A stretch of DNA of 63,243 bases, filler included, from Chiloscyllium plagiosum (lineage: Eukaryota): assembly GCF_004010195.1 (NCBI RefSeq). It is 5 parts of one record of this genome, joined end to end, with 100 filler letters (N's around TTAATTAATTAA, not from the genome) between each part and the next. Parts side by side here need not be neighbours in the genome. Positions count along the whole stretch, not along the records: positions 34,797 to 39,949 come from NC_057710.1; positions 40,050 to 59,714 come from NC_057710.1; 3 more parts are not named here. One strand, given 5' to 3'. The notes under the pieces were generated by a model. It did no database searches. It saw only the letters and a program-made list of their open reading frames with translations, and was not told the DNA's origin. Made by a program: the position numbers and the translations under genes. Each line of letters begins with the position of its first letter. Position 1 is the stretch's first letter. Below, in pieces: positions 38,361 to 50,689 of this stretch.

Positions 38361-38734
38361 ATTTAACATTACAATTGGTGTTATAGTCGGAATTGCAAGA
38401 GACTTTCTGTCCTGTGTGTCACATCTGACACGTGCACATTCACCTTCTGACATTTCCCCAGTGGATTAGTACGCTACCACTGAAGAGTTACTCTGTTTCT
38501 TCTCTTCCCTCCACTCCCACCCTCATTCTCCTTGCCCCCTTTCCCGCCCACCTTTTTCACCTTTAAAATCTCTGGTTCGGGTTGCCACCAACTGGGGGCT
38601 TCTTCAGCTAGCTGCTCCACCTGCTGTAGATCCAGCTCTTTCAGCTGGCTCCACTTTCCCCTCAGTTATATTCCTGCTGTAAGCAGGCAACAAAGTTCTG
38701 AGTGATGGTGTCAGGGCTCCCCATTTATTCTTTA

Positions 38735-39785
38735 AAAAAAAAGCCTGAACTATCCCCATCCACCACCACCTTCCTCCAGCTGACTGAGCTCATGTTAAAT
38801 AGCTTCTCCTTTCAGTCCTCCCACTGTCTTCAGACCAAGCTGTGGACAGGTGTAGTGTCATGGGTCCCCATTATGCCCATCTGTGTGGGCGACAGGGAAT
38901 GTTCCTTATTCACATCCTGCTTGGGCCCCTCCCCACTGCTCTTTCTCCAGTACATCAAAAACATTATTGGTGCTGCTTCCCTCACTCATCAAAAGTTGGA
39001 AAAATTTATCAATTTCGTTTCCAATTTCCATCACCTTCACCTGGTCCAAATCTGACTCCTTCCTTCCCCTCGTTCACATCTGTTTCCATTTCTGGGAGTA
39101 GGCTGACCACCAATATCCACTACAAACCCACTGACTACCGCAGTTACCTTGGCTGTACATCTTCACATCCCTCTTCCTGTAAGGACTCCACCTCGTTTTC
39201 CCAGTTTCTCCATCTCCATCGCACCTGTTCTGATGATGCCAGCTCCCACAGCGGGTCCCCAGAGATGTCCACCTTCATCCTCAACCAAGGATTCCATAGT
39301 TGACACGGCCCTTAGCCATGTTCAACCCATTTCCGGTACTTCTGCCCTCCCCCCCTTTCCACAATAAGGATGAGGTCCCCAAATACTCACTGTCACCTCA
39401 CCTCCACATCCAAACAATCAGAAGCTGTTATTTCTGCCCCCTCACAGTGAAATACCACCACCAGACACACATGCCCCTCCCTCGTTGGCATTCTACAAGG
39501 ACTGTTCCATCTGGAATAACTTGGTGTATTCCTCTTCCTTTTCCAACACCTTCCCACATCTATGCTGCACCATTCCTATGAAATCGCAAAAGCTGTAATA
39601 CCTACCCATTTACCTCCTCCCTCCTTGCTACCCAAGGTGAAACACTGAATTACTTGCTCTTACTGAGTGTAATGCCTACTGAATTCCTTGCTCACACCCT
39701 GGTCTCCTCTTCACTGGAGAGATTAAATGCAGGCTGCATTGCAGAACACTTACATTTGTCTGTAGAAATGACTCTGAGCTTCTTA
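38735..39785 (+). mobile_element. Degenerate PLE RT C-terminus and GIY-YIG endonuclease
   Basis: NSFSFQSSHCLQTK, IHYKPTDYRSYL..SSHPSSCK..FSQFL and Y*IPCSHPGLLFTGEIKCRL..AEHL. Confidence 0.85.
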
Positions 39786-39787
39786 TG

Positions 39788-39949
39788 AGGTAAAAACAAT
39801 TACTGCAGATGCTGGAAACCAGATTCTGGATCAGTGGTGCTGGAAGAGCACAGCAGTTCAGGCAGCATCCGAGGACAGGCAAAATCCGAGGACAGGCAAA
39901 ATCGACGTTTCGGGCAAAAGCCCTTCATCAGGAATAAAGGCAGAGAGCC
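39788..39949 (-). mobile_element. PLE terminal repeat with canonical hammerhead-like core
   Basis: Minus strand CTGATGA-a-gggc-tttt-gccc-GAAACGTC at ~39904-39931. An internal 17-bp duplication lies at 39867-39903. Confidence 0.85.
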
Positions 39950-40049
39950 NNNNNNNNNNNNNNNNNNNNNNNNNNNNNNNNNNNNNNNNNNNNTTAATTA
40001 ATTAANNNNNNNNNNNNNNNNNNNNNNNNNNNNNNNNNNNNNNNNNNNN

Positions 40050-40457
40050 AAGTTGAAACTTTATTGCTGGAACAGCACAGCAGGTCAGGCAGCATCCAGG
40101 GAACAGGAGATTTGACGTTTCGGGCACAGGCCCTTCTTCAGGAATGGGCAGAGAGTGTTCAGCAGGAGAAGATAAAAGGTAGGGAGGAGGGACTTGGAGG
40201 AGGGGCGTTGGAAATGTGTTAGGTGGAAAGAGGTCAAGGTGAGGGTGATAGGTCGGAGTTTCCAACGCCCCTCCTCCAAGTCCCTCCTCCCTACCTTTTA
40301 TCTTCTCCTGCTGAACACTCTCTGCTCATTCCTGAAGAAGGGCCTGTGCCCGAAACGTCGCATCTCCTGTTCCCTGGATGCTGCCTGACTTGCTGTGCTG
40401 TTCCAGCAATAAAGTTTCAACTTTGATCTCCAGCATCTGCAGACCTCACTTTCTCCT
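40050..40457. mobile_element. Young palindromic PLE (~165-bp inverted arms)
   Basis: 40050-40214 is the near-perfect reverse complement of 40259-40423. Each arm has CTGAAGA-a-gggcctgtgccc-GAAACGTC. Confidence 0.9.
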
Positions 40458-41149
40458 TGGTGGCTGAAGTGTCAGGAGTTCTACTGCATGTGTACAGCGA
40501 TTATCCCACTTTTGGCCTTATGATGGAGAGAAGGAGCATCTGAGCATGGTTGGAGTTGTACCTGTAGGGGTTTCCAGCTGAAACTATTGTATCAGTCAAT
40601 GGAAACACTAATGCTGCACTTGTTTACTCTTTCACAGGCTGCGCGTTTCTCTGACCAAGCCAACATTTACTTTACTTACCCCTAATTGCCCTGATTTCCA
40701 GAACCACTGCAGCCTCGACTTGGTGCATCCAAAACAGAGTTAGGAAGGGAGTTCAAGGATTAATGTCCTCTGATCATCAGTAATGCACACTAGAGAGGCA
40801 GAACTATGTGGTAACAAAGAACTGGCCTCTCTTCTCAAAGAATGTTGTGGAAATTTCTCCTGACTACCTACACAAATCACACAGGTAGAGGAGAGTTTCA
40901 TATGATGCACTTTTAACAGAATAAAGTCCACCCACCACTATCACCTCACACCTCCATTATTTAATGTGATAAAAACCAGACTGCATTGGGACAAGCTCCT
41001 AGTTTGCATTAAGCAAGACTGTGGGCATGTTTGAATTAAATCATTTCACTTTTGAACTTCCTTTCATCTTCATTAAAGTAATGCAACACAGAGTAAACAT
41101 AGAACTGTAAACGCATCAGAAGGTGATGTGTGACAAGTTCAGACCTAGC

Positions 41150-42190
41150 TTTTTGAGAGCATGGGAAATAGGAGCAGGAGTAGACCCAATGGCCTGTTGA
41201 GTCAAGATTACAGTGGTGCTGGAAAAGCACAGCAGGTCAGGCAGCATCAGGAAACCCTTCCTGATGAAGGGTTTTTGCCCGAAACGTCGATTTTCCTGCT
41301 GTTCGGATGCTGCCTGACCCACTGTGCTTTTCCAGCGCCACTCTAATCTTGACTCTAATCACCAGCATCTGCAGTACCCACTTCTGTCCAATGGCCTCTT
41401 GAGCCTGCACTGCTATTCCATATGATTATGGGTTTAAACTCTATTCTCCAGCCCTCTCCCCATGTCCCTCAATCATCTGAGAGACCAAAATATGCCTATC
41501 CCAGCTTCAAATATATTCAACAATGAGGTCTCCACTCAATTCTAGGGTAGAAAATCCCAAAGATTCACAACCTTTTGAATCAAGGCCTACTCTCAGTCCT
41601 TATAGGTTGCTTGACCTGAAACAATATGCTAGGTTCACCAACTAGGGGGAGCAATGTGCCAATATCCCTTTCAAACCCCTTCCTTATCTTAAATGTTACA
41701 ATAAGGTGACCTATTATTCTTTTAAACTTACAAAAGAGATCCAGCTTGCCCAGCCACTCATCCTAGGACACAATCCACTCATCCCAGACACTAATCTGGT
41801 GAATCTTCACTGCGCTGCCTTCGAAGCAACTATATCCTTCCTTAAATATAAAAACCAAACTTGCACACAGTATTTCAGATGTGGTCTCACCAAGGCTCCA
41901 TACAATTGTAGCAAGACATTTTCATTTTTGCACCCTAATTCCCTTCCAATAGAGGCCTACATGTCATTTGCCTTACTTACTTGGTTTACTTGCATGCAAA
42001 GTTCATCTGTTCCTTTATTGAGTATACCAAATCTCTCTAAATATCAACATTTACAAGTTTCATACTTTTCAAAAAACATTGGTCTTTTCTATTCTTGCAT
42101 CCAAAGTGAATCTCTTCATATTTCCATACGTTATACTCAGTTTGCCACCTTGTTGCCCACTTGCTTATTCTGTGTATGTCTTATCTATAA
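41150..42190 (-). mobile_element. Degenerate CR1 3' end with nested palindromic PLE (41202-41387)
   Basis: LQLYGALVRPHLKYCVQVWF on the minus strand. The PLE has TSD ccaatggcct(g/c)ttgag and a core at ~41261-41288. Confidence 0.8.
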
Positions 42191-42202
42191 GTAAGAAACA
42201 AC

Positions 42203-42620
42203 TGTGGGTGGCACAGTGGCACAGTGGTTAGCACTGCTGCCTCATAGTGCCAGAGACCTGGGTTCAGTTCCCACCTCAGGTGACTGACTGTGTGGAGTTT
42301 GCATATTCTCCCCGTGTGTGTGTGTGGGTTTCCTCCGGGTGCTCCGGTTTCCTCCCACAGTCCATAAATGTGCAGGTTATCCCACCTCAGGCGACTGACT
42401 GTGTGGAGTTTGCACATTCTCCCCGTGTGTGTGTGGGTTTCCTCCGGGTGCTCCGGTTTCCTCCCGCAGTCCATAAATGTGCAGGTTAGGTGAATTGGCC
42501 ATTCTAAATTGCCCATAGTGTTAGGTGAAGGGATAAATGTCGGGGAATGGGTCTGGGTTGGTTGCGGGTTGGTGTGGACTTGTTGGGCCGAAGGGCCTGT
42601 TTCCACACTGTAAGTAATCT
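42203..42620 (+). mobile_element. V-SINE with internal ~110-bp tandem duplication of the V-core
   Basis: 42270-42379 is repeated at 42381-42488. Confidence 0.92.
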
Positions 42621-43329
42621 AAAACAAAACTGAAGTCTCCACATTGAGACTTGGGAAATTTTCTTCCTTAAAATAATTGGTGAACCCGATTGGATTTTAT
42701 AACAATTGAGAGTGGTTTAATGCTCATCATTAAGCCAACCTTTCATTGAATTCAAGTTTCACGATCCGCTGTGGTGGGGTTTGAGCCCACATTCCCAGAA
42801 TGTTAACCTAAGATTCTGGATTATTAGTCCAAAATATCACCTCGGCACCATCGCCTCCCCACCATCATTCGAAGTTGTATACCAAATTCCCAAAGGTGTT
42901 CAATCAAACACCACACACACAGTTAATACATAATATAAGAATGTAAGGATTTAGGGGTGATTCATTAACATGGATAGTGGACTGGTTAATGGACAGGACA
43001 CAGAGTGTAAGCAGAAATAGCCAATGGGGTCATCAGCAGCTGGTTCACAAAAGTCTTCAAAGAAAGGTAATTTGCTATTCTTACCTGGTCTAGCCTACAC
43101 ATGACTCCCTATTCACTTCAATGTGGTTAACTCTGAATTGTACTCTGGGCATTTAGGGACGAGTAATGAATGCTGGCCTAGCCAGTGACACCTACATCCA
43201 TGAACGAGTACAAAAAAATTCTACCCTACCAGTTACATACTCAGGATGCTGTGATGCTGGAAAAGCACAGTAGGTCAGGCATCTGAAGAGCAGGAGAATC
43301 GACGTTTTGGGCATAAGCCAGTTATGTCC

Positions 43330-43870
43330 TCAACAAACTTGAATGAGCAATATCTATGTTTTCCCATGTCCCCCAGTAAAGGTATGCCCCACTCCTTTGT
43401 CCCTCATATTTTCCATGTCCAAATATTCCCCTTCACCTAATCCTTTCCCCTTTATAGCCCTTATACCGAATTTATAAAAATATCCCAAGATCAGATCTAA
43501 AGGGGGACCTCATCTCTCTATAGGGATACCCTGCTTATCCAAAGAAATTGGAAGTTTTAATCTGCTCTTACCAGGTTTGCTCTGCACACTTTGGCTTATC
43601 AAAATGCCTCTTTTAATGGAGGGAGCTGATGACTGACACGGTCACCTGCCTCCATGAACCAAGCCTACAGAATGGTAAGACTCCAGTCCCTGGGAAATGT
43701 GCTACTTTCACCACAACAGACAGCTTTTCCATACTGGTGAAAGGAGAGCTCTAAGTGTATTGCTCAGGCTTCCTCCAAAGCAGATATATTCAAATTTGAA
43801 ATTGTTGTTATCAAAGTTCATGTGGAATTCAAATGCACTTGAACACTATTTCCCAAAGATATATTTTTGC
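43330..43870 (+). mobile_element. Degenerate L1/Tx1-like ORF2 RT C-terminal fragment
   Basis: LSVLLRLPPKQIYSNLKLLLSKFMWN resembles the L1 LP...SKFIW block. ggcttatcaaaatg encodes LIKM. Confidence 0.5.
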
Positions 43871-43999
43871 TATCATATTATAAATTAACCCTGTCCCATA
43901 CTAAAAAAATGTTATTTGCTTTATTTCAGATCTCCAGCATCTACAGTATTCTGCATTTATTTTAGCTTTATCCCTTGTTGGTTCAATGAAATGTTTCTC

Positions 44000-45150
44000 C
44001 AGGAACTGGTGACAAAAGCATTTTACAAACTAATCTGTCACACCCCAATTACCAATTTGACTGTTCCAGTTTAGATGAAGATTAAAGTCCCTCACAGCTT
44101 TTACATTGTCCTTTTTAAAAACTCCCAATACTTTCTGATGCAATACTCTTGTCCAGAAGTATAATGACTCTTAGGGGGAAGATAACTCATAGAAGTGCTT
44201 TCTGATCCTTTCGATCCACCTCCTCTTGTTCCACTTCCTGATTATCTGAGCTACGGTCCTTACTCTCTGATGCATTGTTACTGTTAGTTCCATGTCCCTT
44301 TCCTGTCCCACTTAGTTTGTCTTTATAGAGTCATGCAGCACAGCAACAGATCCTTCGGTCCAACCAGTCCACCAACAATAATTCCAAACTAAACTGGTCC
44401 CACCTGCCTGCGCTATTTTAAAAATTCATTCACGGGATGAGGGGGTTTTGGGCTAGGCAGCATTTATTGCCCATCCCTAATCACCCAAAGGGCAGTTAAG
44501 AGTCAACCTCTCGCTGTAGGTCTGGAGTCACATGTAGGCTAGACTAGGTAAGGACAGCAGTTTTCTTCCCTAAAGGACATTAGTTGGCCCATATCCATCC
44601 AAACATTTCTTATTCATGTACTTATCAAAATGTCTTTAACATTGTGATTGTAACTGCATCCCCAACTTCCTCTGGAAGTTTATTCCATACCCAAACCACT
44701 CTGTGTAAAAAAGTTGCCCCTCAATGTCTTTTTTTTAATCTTTCTCCTCTCACCTTAAAAATATGCCCCTTAGTCTTGAAACCCTCTACCCTAGAACAGA
44801 GACCTGCCATTCACCTTATCTATATCCCTCATAATTTTAACTAAGGTCACCCCTCAACCTTGCCACCTCTTTTTATTTCTGGATTTCTGAAAACCCCTTT
44901 ACCCAAAACTTATTTCCCCCTTGCTTATTTTAAACACATTTTTCCGCTATTCTAACCATACGTGCTGGTGCATATCTGAAATAATTAAGTCAGTCATCTT
45001 TCCCAATATTATTGCCTTGTCCTTTCTCTTTCTCCTTTTCAAAAGCAACCCCTCCCCCCACTATATCCCAATCTGAGTGCAGTTGAGAAAGGCAATCCCA
45101 ACATTCAGTTCCATCTTTCCCCTGTACTGCACTAGTGCCCTCTGAATCAA
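44000..45150 (-). mobile_element. Old CR1 5' relic (APE/esterase) with nested CR1 tail (44325-44850) and family-2 SINE tail (44417-44583)
   Basis: DFNLHLNWNSQIG on the minus strand at ~44045-44090, NNIGK at ~45000-45015, and standard tails. Confidence 0.55.
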
Positions 45151-46789
45151 AATATATTTCTCCCACACCAAGCTTGGAGGAATGCATTCAAATCTGATTC
45201 ATCTTACATTGCTATTTTACTTGCAGTTCAGCTAGCCTTTAAAGTATTTGAATACTCACCCGTTACTGGAAGTTGGAAGAAATATCTAAAAAAGTAGCAG
45301 CACATTTCTCCTCTGTATTAAATTGCCACAGCCACCAGACTCCTACATTAGCACAAATTATTTATTGCACTCGGGATTCCCACTGTGTGGTCACAAAATT
45401 TGCCTATGTTCATAGAGGAATGAAAAGTTTATCGAGAGCTGGTGAGCTGCAGCCAGGTAAACCATCTTCCTGCTGCTGTAATAAACACCTATTCAGGTAA
45501 CACTTTCAGTTGCTTGACAGATAAGTGCGCTGCCTTCAGGCAGTTTTGTTAAAGTCAGCTTTCTAAACTAGTCTGCAGCTTTAAAATAAACAGATAACCA
45601 TTACTTTCAGGCAGTTTCGTTAAAGTTAGCTTTTTAACTCGTCTGCAGCTTTAAAATTCTAAACCAGAATCTGTTAACCTAAATTATAGAATTTTAAAAC
45701 AAACATCAGAGAGATTTCCGCCTGCACCAAATTTGCCATTTAGCATTTGTTTGTCATCACATTGAGGCCTCATTCTCTCCACGTATGCTCTCACACAGGT
45801 TAAAGGTGGACATTGAGAAACATGTTGAAGCTATGGGATGCATTGACAGCATTAAAAATAGGCTTGTTGCAATATGCTACACAAGTTGGACATTGCTTTG
45901 TTATGGTTCAAATGTATTTTGAATATTGAGTGTTTGAATTTTTAAGGCTAATATAGGTGTGAGGTTGAACATTCAGTTGGGGGGGGGTCAATCCGTCTCA
46001 CTAGTTCTATACTGTCAGTAAAACCCGAAGTGAAGTTTCACAACAGATTATCCTGATGTTTACAAACAGGTATGTTCGGGCTTGGGACATCATTTGAAAA
46101 AAAAATAAGTCCACATATATTTAGAAATGATCCAGTTTCTATGTTTGTCTGGTCTCTGCACTGTAAGTGCTAGCCGGGGAAAATGGATTAAAATCTACTC
46201 TGGTCACTATGTGTAGCATCAACATAAATGTTTTTGTGAAGATTTCCTCTGTTTTATCTTTCTGCACAAAGAAAACCTTTATGATTCCATTGGAATTTCT
46301 GAGGAAATAATTACAAAGTCACTTACGTTGTCATTCGACATAGTCACTCCTGTGTTGGTAAATTATTTAATACGTACAACATCCTTAAGTTATATTGTTA
46401 TTCCAAGTTTATTATTTTTGTAAGTTTACCAAACTCCATATTTGATGTTAAATTATATTTTTAAACTGTATTAAAGAAACAGAGTTTAATCTGCATGATT
46501 TTCTCCTTTTGAATTGAAAAGGTGTTGTATGATGTTCCACAAACACACCAATAAAAGGGAATGAGTTGCTCAACAAGACCCTCGACTGAAGAGAGTGATG
46601 TAGCAGATCTGTAACTCACCTCTTATTCGGAGGAAAGAGACTGAGAGACTTAAGAAAAATATTCTGTGATTGCGATGAAAGTTATTCCTGTCTCACACAG
46701 TGACTGGCAGTTTCCTCCATTTCAATCGTCCAATATTTTCCATTAAATGGCATGATAGATAAGTCATAGTCCTGCCAGCAAATAGCAGG

Positions 46790-47782
46790 AGCTGGAAAAT
46801 GTCTGGGCTGAAAAGTGGCAAGTACCATTCATGCCACACAAGTGCCTAGGAATAACCTACCTAGTGATAAATAACCTAGAAACTAGCTAAAAATGAACAA
46901 CACCAGGTTATAGTCTGACAGGTTTAATTGGAAGCACACTAGCTTTCGGAGTGCCACTTCTTCATCAGGGAGCGGCGCTCCAAAAGCTAGTGCTTCCAGT
47001 TAAACCTGTTGGACTATAACCTGGTGTTGTGTGATTTTTAACTTTGTGCACCCCAGCCCAACACCAGCATCTCCAAATCATGACTAGAAACTAGCAATCA
47101 CCTCTTCACATTCAATGGCATTATCATTGCTATCTTTCCGAATGTCAATATCAATGGAGTTACCATTTAACAGAAACTGAACTGGACCTGCCGCAGAAAT
47201 AGTGTGTTTGTAAGAGCAGGTGAGAGGACAGGAATCCTCTGGTGATAGACTCATTCCTGAGTTCCCCAAGCTTATTCACCATCTACAAAACACAAGTCAG
47301 AAGTCTGATGGAATATTCCCACTTGCCTGGTCATGTGCAACTCCAACAATATGCTAGAAACCAGGAAAAAGCAACTTGCTAGATCGGTATCACAAACTCC
47401 CTCCACCACCCATGTACAGTAGCAGCATTATCTGCAAGATGCACTGCAAAAATTCACCAAAGGTCTTTATACAGCACCTACATACCCATGACCACTTCCA
47501 TCTAGAAGGATAAGGGCAGCAGATACATGGGAACACCATCACCTGCAAGTTCCCCTTCAAGCCACTCACCATCCTAACGTGGAAATGTACCATTGTTCCT
47601 TCAGTGTCACTGGGTCAAAGTCCTGGAGTTCCCTTCCTAATGCTTTGTGACTGCACTTAAGCCAAATGTCTGTAGTAATTTAAGAAGACAGCTCACCACC
47701 ACCTTTTCAAGGGTGAACTAGGAACAGACAATAAATTCTGGCCCAGCCAGTGAAGCCCTCATCCCATGAGTGAATGAAAACA
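46790..47782 (+). mobile_element. Second LINE family 3' part with nested palindromic PLE (46888-47083)
   Basis: WAEKWQVPFMPHKC and the family tail. The PLE has TSD ctagaaactagc (46876-46887 / 47084-47095). Confidence 0.8.
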
Positions 47783-47809
47783 ACTTTACATTCTGAGAGT
47801 ACCTGGTTC

Positions 47810-49295
47810 TTTGTACTCTGCCACTTTAGCCACCGGTGAGGTCCCAGAAGACTGGAGGGTAGTGAATGTTGTGCCCTTATCTAAGAATGGCTGCAAGGAA
47901 AAACGTGGAAACTATAGATCAGTAAGCTTAACATCTTTAGTTGGTAAGTTACTTGAGAAGATTCTGAGGATAAAGGTATACATGCATTTGAAAAGATAGG
48001 ATTTGATTAGGAATATTCAGCATGGCTTTGTGCGTAGTAGATCATGCCTCACAAATTTATTAGGGTTATTTAGTGAAGTGACCAGGAATGCTGACGAGCA
48101 GGGTGGTGGACCTAGTCTATTTGGATTTCAGTAAGGCCTTTGATAAGATTCCATATGGCAGGTTGCTCTGGAAGGTTATATCGCACGGAATCCAGGGAAG
48201 CTGGCAAATTGGATACACAATTGGCTTGATGATTGGAAGCAAAGTGTAATAGTGGAAGGATGTTTGTCAGACTAGAGGCCTGTGACTAGTGATGTGCCTC
48301 AGAGATCAGTGCTGGGCCCATTACTGTTTGTTATCTATGTCAATGATTTGGATGAGAATTTACAAGGCATGATTAGTAAATTTGCAGATGACACTATAAT
48401 AGGTGGTATTGTGGACACTGAGGAAGGTTATCAGAAATTGCAGCAGGACCTTGATCAGCTGGGGAAGTGGGCAGAGAAATGGCAAGTGGCGTTTAATATA
48501 GATAAGTGTGAGGTCTTGCATTTTGCAAAGTTAAATCAAGGTAGGAGTTTCATAGTGAATGGTAGGGCCTTAAAAACTGTAGTTGAATAGAGGGATTTTG
48601 GAGTTCATTTGCATGATCCTTTGAAACTGGAGTCACAGGTAGATAGGGCAATGAAGAAGGCTTTTGGCACATTGGCCTTCATCCATCAGTGCATTCAGTA
48701 TAGAAGTTGGGAAGTTATGTTCAGTTGTACAGGCTGTTTGTGAAGACCCACTTGCAGTATTGTGTTCAGCTTTGGCCACCTTGCTGTAGGAAGGATGTTA
48801 TTAAATTGAAAAGAGTGCAGAAGAAATTTACAAGGATGTTGTCAGGATGCAACGGTCTGAGTTATAGGTAGATGCTGGACAAGCTAGGACGTTTTTCTTT
48901 AGAGCATAGAATGCTGAGGGGGGATCTTATAGAAGTGTATCAGATTATGAGTTGCATGGATAAGGTGAATACACTCAGCCTTTTTCTTCAGGTTGGGGAA
49001 TCAAGGACTAGAAGGGCATCAGTTTAAGGTTAGAGGGGAAAGAATAAAATGGGAACCTGAGGGGCAACGTCTTTACACAGAGGGTGGTAAGCATATAGGA
49101 TGAGCTTACAGTGGAAGCATTTGAGGTAGGTACATTAGCAACATTTAAAGGCATTTGGACAAATACATGGAAAGGAAAGGTTTAGAACAAGGACAAAGTG
49201 CAAGGAAATGGGGTTAGCATAGATGGATATTTTGGTCAGCATGGAACAGTTTGGGCCAAAGGGCCTGTCTCTGTGCTGTAGGACTCTTTGACTCC
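47810..49295 (+). mobile_element. 5'-truncated CR1 LINE
   Basis: GEVPEDWRV, VPQRSVLGPLLFVIYVNDL, FADDT and the 3' tail. Confidence 0.93.
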
Positions 49296-49617
49296 CTGTA
49301 CTCCTTAGCCTGGCTACATCTCAGTCCAATCCATAACCCTGCTCTTCAGCTTGCAATGCTTAGCCATTACATAAATTCAACCCAACTTTAATAATCCATG
49401 CTTACCAGTACAATACTAAATAAATAACAAATACTGGGCTGGATGAAGTATGGTCTGTTTCTGTGAGCACAGTACCATCAGAAGAAGATGGGGAAAAAAA
49501 GAAAACCAAGATGGGGTAGGTATTTTCAGGGAAGTATAAAAGGAAACTTTCCTTCCTGAATGAGGAAGAAGAAAAATACAGATGTACCTTCATGCGTTGG
49601 GTGGAAAGAAAAGGCAC

Positions 49618-50060
49618 ATAAGAACAGCTTTAATTTATACAATACCTTTTAATAAAGTATCATATTGCAAGATAGTCCACCAGAGCATAATCAGACAGAA
49701 ATTGACTCCAATTTAAGAAACAGTACAATAGGTGACTAAAAGCTTAGTTGAAGAGTTGTGTCTTAAGGAGTGTCTCAATTGAGAAGATTGGCAGAGAGAT
49801 TTCTGGGTAGATTCTGGAGCTTAATGTATAGGCGGCTAAAGACATGGCCATCAATAATGGACCGAGGACAGTGCAGATTACACAAGAAACCACAGCTGGA
49901 GGAACCAAAAGTACAACAAGAGTTATGGATCTGGAAGAGGATGTAGAGGTAAGGGTAAGTGAAGGCCAGAGGAAGTTGAATTTTGAAGTTAAGGCCTGGT
50001 TGAAGCAGGAGATCATTCAAGTGCATGGATGTTGATTGACTGTGATTTGAACAAGTGAGA
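49618..50060 (-). mobile_element. L2-like LINE 3' fragment
   Basis: Similar to 32697-32960. Degenerate FKIQL..Y remnants. Confidence 0.5.
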
Positions 50061-50689
50061 ATACAATCAGTTAAAATCCCTTATAGAGAAGTGGCAGGAC
50101 TTGTGGCTCTGCTCGCACCTTCAATGATGTGCTGGCTGGAGACTTCCAGGAATATTTTATAATGCAGTGTGTCCTCCAGGTGAGCAGCACTGTAGGAAAT
50201 GCAGATTAAAAACACTGAGAAGTTGATGCCATTGCTAACCTAAAGCATAACTCCAGAACAAACATTGAAGAGGAGATGCATACATGCACCCACATAGTCA
50301 CACAGACAAACCCAAAGACATAGGAACATACACTCAGATATACATGTCGAGTTAGAGACCTGTGTGTGAACATATGCAAAAACAGGCAGATGTACTTGAA
50401 CCCATATGTCTGCAAAATCTTGCAGGTATTTAAAGACACTATTACATAAATTATAGGCTATCCTCTGATAATGGTTGGCAATTTAAGGAGGGGACTACTA
50501 GGGACAAGTGATCCTTTGCCTAGTTTTGGTCTGTTTGCAAGAGGCAGTCAATCCCAGGTGCTCAGTTGTCATAGATACAAGCATGTATCTGCAAGCTTAT
50601 TACAGGTATGGATATTGTGTACAAATACATTCTAACTCACATGCAAACACAATCTCTGCCAAATCCATAGTGCACAATAAAACTTAGCT

